Shown here one piece after another: positions 1 to 5,139 of a DNA stretch of 10,643 nt (positions are counted from its first letter, which is position 1; each line of letters opens with the position of its first letter). The notes under the pieces were generated by a model. It saw only the letters and a program-made list of their open reading frames with translations, had not been told where the DNA came from and did not search any database. Source of the DNA: a virus. The stretch is taken from positions 1-10,643 of the IMG/VR virus record IMGVR_UViG_3300045974_000951, one strand, 5' to 3'. A program made the position numbers and the translations under genes.

Positions 1-309
1 GGTCACGTGTACACCGCCGCGGAAGTCGCTGCGTCAAACGTTCACGTGCTCAACCCGATCACGAATCAGCCGTATGACTTGACTCCCGAGGACATCGATC
101 CTCGTTCGGGTCGGCCCTACACCGTGATGGAGATCGATGCGTCCAAGCAGTTCAAGAACGTCAGGCCAGTTCCGGCACCGGATCAGGTCGCGAAGGTGGA
201 TCAGTACAACGTCCGCCCTGGCAGCCCTGGTAACCTGAACAGCCCTGGCAACCTGGGCAACATCCGCTCTGGTTCGATCATGACAGTGCAGGTGATCAAG
301 ATCCAGTAA
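1..309 (+). CDS. 3' end of a gene entering from the left edge; hypothetical protein, family not recognised
   Basis: Frame 1 is open from base 1 (GGT CAC GTG ...), so the GTG at 7 used by the ORF track is probably internal. Stop TAA is at 307-309. The C-terminus carries a duplicated SPGNL(N/G) unit. A perfect hairpin terminator follows 27 nt downstream. This is the only convincing plus-strand gene in the window. Confidence 0.6.
   Translation, partial: GHVYTAAEVAASNVHVLNPITNQPYDLTPEDIDPRSGRPYTVMEIDASKQFKNVRPVPAPDQVAKVDQYNVRPGSPGNLNSPGNLGNIRSGSIMTVQVIKIQ
223..258 (+). repeat. 18-bp tandem duplication (2 copies, 15/18 identical) inside the CDS
   Basis: agccctggtaacctgaac (223-240) is followed directly by agccctggcaacctgggc (241-258). 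They encode SPGNLN and SPGNLG. Confidence 0.8.
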
Positions 310-335
310 AGTCATAACACAGTAAAGTGGTATGG

Positions 336-369
336 GAAGGGCGCCATCAGTGGCGCCCTTCGTGTTTCT
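336..369. terminator. Intrinsic terminator hairpin between convergent genes; clear for the + gene, possibly bidirectional
   Basis: gaagggcgcca (336-346) / loop tcag / tggcgcccttc (351-361) form a perfect 11-bp GC-rich stem. On the + strand it is followed by gtgtttct. It lies 6 nt beyond the TAG (368-370) of the minus-strand gene, but no U-run follows on the minus strand. Confidence 0.8.
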
Positions 370-769
370 ACTCCGGTTCGAATGACTGTATGATAGGTTG
401 CCCACGCAGGTCCTCGCCGAAGAAATCGATCCGAGCCACGGAGCATGGCCAGTCTATCTTCACGAAGACACGACGGACAATCATCGGTCGCTCAAGTCCG
501 TATAATACCGGTCCTGCAGACTCAAGCACGATCCGCCAGTCCTTCTTGGCGACCGGGACAACTTCGCGGCCACGCTGCTCGAACCCAAAGGCGAACGACC
601 ACTCGAATCCAGTTAGCGGTTCCCGACTGCCGTCAGCCATGTGCCATTCGGCTACGACCTGATCACCGCTGACAGAATAAACCAGGGCGTTCTGGTTAGA
701 ACTCTTCTCTACGCGGAACAGTTCTGCGGGACCAACGGTGAGAACGAGCGCGAGGAGCGTGGAGATCAT
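368..769 (-). CDS. Secreted hypothetical protein (133 aa); from memory it resembles the DUF4833 family
   Basis: The N-terminus MISTLLALVLTVGPAE is signal-peptide-like. The strings LFRVEKSSNQNALVY, EPLTGFEWSFAFG and VFVKID recall DUF4833-type proteins, but this was not verified by search. The start overlaps the upstream stop as ATGA (766-769), implying translational coupling. Confidence 0.7.
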   Translation of the reverse strand: MISTLLALVLTVGPAELFRVEKSSNQNALVYSVSGDQVVAEWHMADGSREPLTGFEWSFAFGFEQRGREVVPVAKKDWRIVLESAGPVLYGLERPMIVRRVFVKIDWPCSVARIDFFGEDLRGQPIIQSFEPE

Positions 770-1548
770 ACGACCTCGACCATCTCAGGCGGATTCCAGA
801 AGCGACGCTTAATCCTGTCGAAAGAGAGCCACGCTTCCCAAAGGACGTCACCGCTCTGATGAGCAAAGAGCCTACATTTCATCAGGCCTGTGGTCGAGCC
901 TGCGTTGGCGATCCAAAGATCGTTAGACCCTTCGACATGGAATTCGGCGGGAACATGGCGGTGACCATGGAGGACCAACCTACACTTGCCACGCAATCGA
1001 GCAAGAAGGTTCGCTCCAAGTCCTAGTTCATCAGCGCAAGGCAAACCTATGAGCGTTGCGATACGTTCTGGGATGTCTTCAACTGGGAGCGGAAGAACGT
1101 GATGATGGAGCATGACGACCTTGAGCGCGCCTGCGGGAGCCTGCCCGAGTGCGACCTCTACTTGGCGGACGTCTTCTCCAGAAATATGACCGTGACCGCT
1201 GATAAGCCTGTGATTGTGTGGAGCGGTCGAATCAAGTCGGACGATATGCATACCGGGACGGGAAACCATCTCGACGCGCTTCTCCATGATCGCTCCAGCG
1301 ACATTATCACCGAGGTGGTCGTGGTTACCGGGGACGACAGTGAGCCGTCCCTGGAGGGGCTTGAAGATGTCAAGGAACTCCTCATACTCCGTAATACGGC
1401 CCCGGTGGGTTACATCTCCCGTGAGGAGCACGTCGTCAATACGAGCCTCAACGAGCTTGGCCACGATATGTTCAGCGGCTTCACTCGTCCGGCTGGTTCG
1501 ACCGATGTGGAGGTCGGAGATATGGGCGAAGGTGCGGATGCTTTCCAT
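766..1548 (-). CDS. Calcineurin-like metallophosphoesterase (Icc/CpdA-like class III phosphodiesterase motif set)
   Basis: All five metallophosphoesterase motifs are present in order: HISDLHIG (DxH), LLTGDVTHRG (GD), VVPGNHDH (GNHD), VMLHHH and LVLHGHRH (GHxH). I prefer the ATG at 1548 (MESIRTF...); the ORF track's start at 1557 is a TTG three codons upstream. Confidence 0.88.
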   Translation of the reverse strand: MESIRTFAHISDLHIGRTSRTSEAAEHIVAKLVEARIDDVLLTGDVTHRGRITEYEEFLDIFKPLQGRLTVVPGNHDHLGDNVAGAIMEKRVEMVSRPGMHIVRLDSTAPHNHRLISGHGHISGEDVRQVEVALGQAPAGALKVVMLHHHVLPLPVEDIPERIATLIGLPCADELGLGANLLARLRGKCRLVLHGHRHVPAEFHVEGSNDLWIANAGSTTGLMKCRLFAHQSGDVLWEAWLSFDRIKRRFWNPPEMVEVV

Positions 1549-1580
1549 GCCTACCAATATAGGTCAGCACGCATCCATGA

Positions 1581-1600
1581 TGTGTATCAGCTGTGTATCA
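1581..1600 (-). repeat. Direct repeat tgtgtatca (gc) tgtgtatca with 11-bp phasing, upstream of the metallophosphoesterase start
   Basis: Copies at 1581-1589 and 1592-1600 are identical 9-mers. They lie 33-52 nt upstream of the ATG at 1548, in the gap after the tRNA-like genes. A TATATT (minus strand, about 1554-1559) sits 5 nt before the ATG. A regulatory role is inferred only. Confidence 0.3.
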
Positions 1601-1669
1601 AATGGCGCCCGGGGGCGGACCGGGACCACGGTCCGTTAGGTCTTCTGCCATCGACGCCCCTGGACATAC

Positions 1670-1776
1670 TGGTGGGCTAGCGTGGATTCGAACCACGGAA
1701 GCCAGAAAGTCAGGTTCCACCGCCGGCGGCTTTCCCTGCATACCCTGACCTTGCTGAACCGTCTTCAGCTTAGCCC
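1670..1776 (-). tRNA. tRNA-like gene, 107 nt, non-canonical (anticodon not assignable)
   Basis: Minus-strand RNA: GGGCUAA / GCUGAA-GACGG-UUCAGC / AAGGUCAGG-[29 nt]-CCUGACUUU / CUGGCUUC / CGUGG-UUCGAAU-CCACG / CUAGCCC-A-CCA. The acceptor stem has 6 bp plus an A.C pair. The T-arm is perfect and CCA is encoded. The interior is about 30 nt too long and no standard anticodon arm fits. Confidence 0.5.
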
Positions 1777-1781
1777 ATAAC

Positions 1782-1858
1782 TGGTGAGCCCTGTGGGAAT
1801 CGAACCCACGGCCTTCCGGGTCATTACTCCGGTTGCTCTGTCACTGAGCTAAGGGCCC
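1782..1858 (-). tRNA. tRNA, 77 nt with encoded CCA; atypical anticodon arm (9-nt loop AGUAAUGAC, or 7-nt loop GUAAUGA closed by A.C giving anticodon AAU)
   Basis: Minus-strand RNA: GGGCCCU UA GCUC AGUGACA GAGC A ACCGG AGUAAUGAC CCGGA AGGCC GUGGG UUCGAUU CCCAC AGGGCUC A CCA. The acceptor stem has 7 bp (one G.U). The D-stem has 4 bp, but the D-loop lacks the GG dinucleotide. The variable loop is 5 nt and the T-arm is canonical. Only 5 nt separate it from the tRNA-like gene at 1670-1776. Confidence 0.75.
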
Positions 1859-1929
1859 AACTGCAAAGTCCTTTGTGTCCTTCCTCTTTCGAGCAGATGA
1901 CCCAGTAGGGCAACGTGAAGCGCGGAGCC

Positions 1930-2256
1930 CTACCCTCGTCCCCAGGCCTCGCCGAGAACAAACCTCGCTGCTCTGATCTCTTTCCACAGTGCATAGTGCC
2001 CGCGGATGGGTTTGCCCCACCGTTCTCCCGTTAACATCACGGTTGCTTTCTCTAAGCTACGCAGGCGATACAGCTCCCGGATCAGGTTTTGCTCCTGACG
2101 TGCCAGCAGGTCATTACTCTGCCGGTGTGTCCTAGCACTCCGGGAATATAGGTGCTCCGGCTGAAAGCGGAGGGCTGAACACATCAGCCGGAGCTCTGTC
2201 GACTTATCCGTCCGAGCCTCCGCTGGGAACGGTACGACAGCAATGCATAAAGCCAT
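1930..2256 (-). CDS. Hypothetical protein (108 aa), Arg-rich, no family recognised
   Basis: The ATG at 2256 lies 1 nt after the TAA (2258-2260) of the upstream PTH2-like gene, consistent with an operon. Stop is TAG at 1930-1932. No motifs were recognised. Confidence 0.55.
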   Translation of the reverse strand: MALCIAVVPFPAEARTDKSTELRLMCSALRFQPEHLYSRSARTHRQSNDLLARQEQNLIRELYRLRSLEKATVMLTGERWGKPIRGHYALWKEIRAARFVLGEAWGRG

Positions 2257-2257
2257 A

Positions 2258-2566
2258 TTACTTCAGAAGCGGACAGGAAGACAGGTGTTGCTTCAGTTTG
2301 TTTCTGGATGCGGGCGGGATGCCAAGCGCCATGAGCTGGCCCGTCCAGGGCGCGTCTGACTCGATGATGCGCTTGTGCTTGATGCCCGACAGGAACAGCC
2401 GGTGAGACAGCGCCTGGAGCTCCGCCTCATTCTTGCACGTGAGTGCGATGGCGTAGGTATGAGGAGGGAGTTCACCGGGAGATGACTCTCCGGCGGCGTG
2501 GATCAACTGGGCTGCTTGGAGGCCTGTCGGGATGTCCGCTCGGGTGATGCAGTAGTGAGCGATCAC
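2258..2566 (-). CDS. pth2: PTH2-fold (archaeal/eukaryotic-type) peptidyl-tRNA hydrolase-like protein, 102 aa
   Basis: It aligns by eye along the whole length with PTH2 proteins. CITRADIPTGLQAAQLIHAA matches VVR.DL.MGKGK.AAQ..HAA. IIESDAP...LMALGIPPASRNKLKQHLSSCPLLK matches I.DAG.T......T.LGIGP.P...ID..TG.LKLL. The start is GTG at 2566. The GKGK lysines are replaced by TGLQ, so catalytic competence is uncertain. Confidence 0.6.
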   Translation of the reverse strand: MIAHYCITRADIPTGLQAAQLIHAAGESSPGELPPHTYAIALTCKNEAELQALSHRLFLSGIKHKRIIESDAPWTGQLMALGIPPASRNKLKQHLSSCPLLK

Positions 2567-2679
2567 ATCCTGCTTGGCAGGGATGCGGTGAGGAAGCGGT
2601 GCTGCAGGATTAGCCGCAATGGCAATGTGAGGAGTTCATGAGATTACCTAGTTTCATGCAGGCGAAATTGCCTACTAAA

Positions 2680-2688
2680 AGTATACCA
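2680..2688 (-). promoter_or_regulatory. Candidate extended -10 promoter (TGgTATACT on the minus strand) for the PTH2/tRNA/phosphoesterase transcription unit
   Basis: The minus strand reads ...ttttcc-ctcgatcggttcagTGgTATACTttt. It sits in the only AT-rich intergenic stretch (about 2640-2727), directly after the upstream terminator. The -35 is weak (TTTTCC at 17 nt). It lies about 115 nt upstream of the GTG at 2566. This is pattern-based only. Confidence 0.3.
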
Positions 2689-2718
2689 CTGAACCGATCG
2701 AGGGAAAACTGTTTGTTC

Positions 2719-2753
2719 ATAAAACAAGACGGGCACCTCGGAAGGTGCCCGTC
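2719..2753 (-). terminator. Rho-independent terminator of the lipoprotein operon
   Basis: gacgggcacc (2728-2737) / loop tcggaa / ggtgcccgtc (2744-2753) form a perfect 10-bp stem. On the minus strand it is followed by UUGUUUUAU. It lies 22 nt after the TAA at 2776-2778. Confidence 0.85.
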
Positions 2754-2775
2754 ATGAAACATCTGATCGATACTG

Positions 2776-4050
2776 TTACGGCTGGGTGACTGTGCTCTTA
2801 TCCAGTGTCACCGCTGACTGTGCGAGCAGCCTACCATTGGCCGAGGCACCTGTCTGCATCGTGATGGCCGTCTGGCTCAACAGGATACCTTCTGTGTGCG
2901 CCACCGTCCCGATCCCTACAGCTCCAGAGACCTGCCAGAAGATGTTCTTCGGTAGTGCGCCACCGGAAAGCTTGATCCTGACACCGTTGTTGACTGTCAG
3001 GTTACCAGCGATCTGGAAGACCCAAACGTCTGTAGCCGAGCCAGCCAGGATGATGTCTGAAGCGACGAGAACCCCCGTGCTCCATTTGTAAACACCAGCA
3101 GGCAGTGTCATACCACTGATGTTGCCAGCTCCCAGTTCAGTGACGTCGGGAGCGCAGGCAGCGGCGGCGGTGAACGCCGTCTCCATGTCACCCACAGCGG
3201 TCGTCATCTTTGAGGGAGTCGGAACGCCGTAGTCTGCTGCGTAGACCTTGCCAACAACCTGCGTGGATGTCGAGAAGGTGTTGCTGGAATCGATGATCAG
3301 CGAGAACCCTGTGATCGACGTAGCAGCGATTGGACTGACGCCGATGTCGCCCGTGATAGCGGACGCAGGGACTGTGGAGATTCCGCTCTTCGACAGGATG
3401 CCGAAATCACCAGCCGTTCCCAGGTTCACAGGACAGGCAACACCCAACGGGGGCGGAGGCGGAGGAGGCGGAGGCAGGACGGGAGTCGACCCGTTGCAAA
3501 CGTACTCGACTGAGGTACCGACAGTGAGCTTGACGCCGCCGTCAGGACAGTTGGCGCCCGGAGGCTCGACTGAAACGACTACGGGCGTTCCGGGCTGACC
3601 CGGAGGACCGGGAGGTCCAGTAGGACCGATCGGACCGCCAGGACCGATGGGGCCCCTGTCGCCGTTGCACACTGGAAAAGAGAGCTGTCCCGAAGTGACG
3701 AAGATGCCGCCAGTCGGGCACTGCTCGGGAGTAGCTACGACCACACTGATGCCTTGTCCGTCCTTGCCGTCCGGGATGAACGCGCTGGTGCCGTCAGGAC
3801 ACGTCAGTTGGTTCCCGCCTGTGACCTTTGCGACGGTGCAGGTAGAGGGTTCAGGTCCCTGACAGCCGATCAGAGCGATCGATGACAGGAGCACTGCGAG
3901 TGAGACCGCCATCACAGCGGCGCCGATCCCAAAGATCGATCTTGAATTTTTTGTTGGCTTGAGAGGGTTTTCCATGTAATATCTAGGCGCGTTCATCCCC
4001 CAAGTGTCAATTACGACGTCGCGCGCTAGAGGACGGCTGTATTCGTTCAC
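2776..4050 (-). CDS. Lipoprotein with two Cys-bracketed modules, a collagen-like Gly-X-Y segment, a poly-Pro linker and a C-terminal DUF3494 (ice-binding-like beta-helix) domain
   Basis: A hydrophobic segment ends in the lipobox ALIG|C (Cys63). Modules CPTGGIFVTSGQLSFPVCNG and CPDGGVKLTVGTSVEYVCNG flank GDRGPIGPGGPIGPTGPPGPPGQPGTP. P9 follows. The C-terminal roughly 220 aa matches the DUF3494 pattern (LGTAGDFGILSKSGISTV..ITGDIGVSP..ITGF, AGVYKW, VWVFQIAGNLTV, NIFWQVSGAVGIG, GILLSQTAITMQTGASANGRLLAQSAVTLD). The start is ambiguous: GTG 4050 (a GTGA overlap with the upstream stop), ATG 3996 or ATG 3975. Confidence 0.85.
   Translation of the reverse strand: MNEYSRPLARDVVIDTWGMNAPRYYMENPLKPTKNSRSIFGIGAAVMAVSLAVLLSSIALIGCQGPEPSTCTVAKVTGGNQLTCPDGTSAFIPDGKDGQGISVVVATPEQCPTGGIFVTSGQLSFPVCNGDRGPIGPGGPIGPTGPPGPPGQPGTPVVVSVEPPGANCPDGGVKLTVGTSVEYVCNGSTPVLPPPPPPPPPLGVACPVNLGTAGDFGILSKSGISTVPASAITGDIGVSPIAATSITGFSLIIDSSNTFSTSTQVVGKVYAADYGVPTPSKMTTAVGDMETAFTAAAACAPDVTELGAGNISGMTLPAGVYKWSTGVLVASDIILAGSATDVWVFQIAGNLTVNNGVRIKLSGGALPKNIFWQVSGAVGIGTVAHTEGILLSQTAITMQTGASANGRLLAQSAVTLDKSTVTQP
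3448..3474 (-). repeat. Poly-proline (P9) coding tract, (GGN)9 on the plus strand
   Basis: The plus strand reads gggggcggaggcggaggaggcggaggc. It forms a linker between the second Cys module and the DUF3494 domain. Confidence 0.9.
3583..3663 (-). repeat. Collagen-like Gly-X-Y triplet repeat (9 triplets), coding
   Basis: The segment GDRGPIGPGGPIGPTGPPGPPGQPGTP is encoded here. The DNA is a run of ggacc/ggtcc-type triplets. Confidence 0.9.
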
Positions 4051-4442
4051 TTCTTCACGAATGTGGTGATGAGCCAGATGATAACGCCAGCAAAAACCGA
4101 GGTCATCACCGCTCCACCAAGAGCCCAGAGAGGCCCAGTGATTGAGGTCTTACCGTGGGTCTCTGAGGTCGTGTCCGCCTGATCCTTCTCGTGGCTTGAG
4201 AGCCGTTTCTCGATGGCCGAGAGGCGCTGGTCTACTTCGTGTCGAGTGATGAACGTGAGACTCTGATCCTTGAGCTGTGCCCGGAACTCGTTGACGCTGT
4301 CGAACCGTTTCTCGGTAGCAGCCTCAGCCTTGATGATGGCTTTCTCAGACGATGCCATCGCCGCCTGCAGAGCTCGCTCTTGAGAAGCGAACTTCTCTAT
4401 CACGAACACCTTCAGCGTCTCAAGCGTCCAGTCGCCGGCCAT
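4047..4442 (-). CDS. Tail-anchored coiled-coil membrane protein (131 aa), hypothetical
   Basis: A long charged helical region (EKAIIKAEAATEKRFDSVNEFRAQLKDQ..., LSAIEKRLSSHEKDQ) is followed by one C-terminal TM segment (GPLWALGGAVMTSVFAGVIIWLITTFV-KK). The ATG overlaps the upstream stop as TAATG. Its TGA overlaps the downstream GTG as GTGA. Confidence 0.7.
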   Translation of the reverse strand: MAGDWTLETLKVFVIEKFASQERALQAAMASSEKAIIKAEAATEKRFDSVNEFRAQLKDQSLTFITRHEVDQRLSAIEKRLSSHEKDQADTTSETHGKTSITGPLWALGGAVMTSVFAGVIIWLITTFVKK

Positions 4443-4702
4443 TAGAACATCTTCCCCGGTTCTCTCTTGCTCGTGCCAGGAATCCTGATCGACGCGATGT
4501 GCTCTCCGTCGACAGGATCGATGTCGAACTGGAGATTCACGTCTGGGAGTCCTTCTTCTCCGCCCGGGATACTCACCAGGACGGTGTTGTCACGCGGGTA
4601 GGACAGCACGACCCCGTTCCAGTTCTTGAGTTGGTCAAGAAGCTTAGAGAAGTAAACTTCCTGCCGGCCTTCCTTGATGATGAACAGTTCGTTCAGTTTC
4701 AT
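4442..4702 (-). CDS. Hypothetical protein (86 aa)
   Basis: There is an ATGA overlap with the upstream ParB-like gene (4699-4702) and a TAATG overlap with the downstream gene. The N-terminus MKLNELFIIKEG shares a motif with the neighbouring genes. Confidence 0.65.
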   Translation of the reverse strand: MKLNELFIIKEGRQEVYFSKLLDQLKNWNGVVLSYPRDNTVLVSIPGGEEGLPDVNLQFDIDPVDGEHIASIRIPGTSKREPGKMF

Positions 4703-5139
4703 GACTCGTCCTCGTGCGCCTTGTGTGAACCGGAATCTTCCTCACTGGGATCGGGTTCGATCGCCTTCTCCGGCAGTTTCTTCTCATCAACTACGTACGC
4801 CCAGATCATCTCATCACCTTGGAGGATCGCCTTGCCATAGCGGTGATTGCCGTCCGCGATCCAGAGTTGGTTCTTCCGGTCCTTGACGACAAGAATCGGA
4901 TACTCCATGTTCGTGCTTTCGCACCGTTCGACGAACTCCGGGCTCCACTTCTTCTCGTCAACGTTGGTGTTCTCGAAACCCTTCTTCAGCGCCGAAAGCG
5001 GGACTTCCTCGGGTTCTGCAACCGCCTTGGCGTAATCGTAGAGCATCCCAACGTTGTAGCGTTTCTTGTTGGAGGTCCAGTGTTGGTGGTAGACATCCTC
5101 CTTCACCAGGAACACTGACTTCAAACTCGGCATGCTCAT
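4699..5139 (-). CDS. ParB/Srx-fold (ParB-like nuclease domain) protein, 146 aa
   Basis: YPILVVKDRKNQLWIADGNHRYGKAILQGDEMIWAYVV matches the ParBc core (..y.iiDGhHR..A...G...i.v.v). There is an acidic C-terminal tail. I chose the start at ATG 5139 (MSMPSLK...), which overlaps the NUDIX stop as ATGA. The ORF-track start at 5238 lies inside the NUDIX gene in another frame. Confidence 0.7.
   Translation of the reverse strand: MSMPSLKSVFLVKEDVYHQHWTSNKKRYNVGMLYDYAKAVAEPEEVPLSALKKGFENTNVDEKKWSPEFVERCESTNMEYPILVVKDRKNQLWIADGNHRYGKAILQGDEMIWAYVVDEKKLPEKAIEPDPSEEDSGSHKAHEDES

Noticed and set aside
1616-1635. CGGACC-n8-GGTCCG hairpin as a terminator after the tRNA-like genes
   Set aside because: The stem is short and has alternative registers. 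No U-tract follows on the minus strand, so it is more likely a processing structure or incidental.
1670-1776. tmRNA, tRNA-Sec or type II (Leu/Ser/Tyr) tRNA as an explanation for the 107-nt tRNA-like gene
   Set aside because: It is far too short for tmRNA and has no G3.U70. The 6-bp D-stem is Sec-like, but the acceptor/T arrangement is 7/5 rather than 8/5 and no UCA anticodon loop can be placed. A long-variable-arm model leaves only 14 nt for the anticodon arm. The identity is left open rather than forced.
1670-1858. tRNA genes as an integration site (attP/attB) marking a mobile-element boundary
   Set aside because: There is no integrase, no excisionase and no duplicated tRNA 3' fragment in the window. 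The genes on both sides are on the same strand and of the same phage-like character.
2638-2766. 42-aa plus-strand ORF preceded by GAGGAG in the AT-rich intergenic region
   Set aside because: The SD-to-ATG spacing is only 3 nt. The ORF reads straight through the terminator hairpin of the opposite strand. It is the lone plus-strand candidate in a minus-strand block, so it is most likely fortuitous.
3448-3663. GGN/GGACC-type short repeats as a possible CRISPR array or non-coding satellite
   Set aside because: They are in frame within a long ORF and encode poly-Pro and Gly-X-Y collagen-like triplets. There is no repeat-spacer periodicity anywhere in the window.
2776-4442. Calling the membrane-protein/lipoprotein pair an i-spanin/o-spanin lysis pair
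   Set aside because: The membrane protein is C-terminally, not N-terminally, anchored. The lipoprotein is about 400 aa with adhesion-type domains. No holin or endolysin is adjacent. It is kept only as a low-interest analogy.
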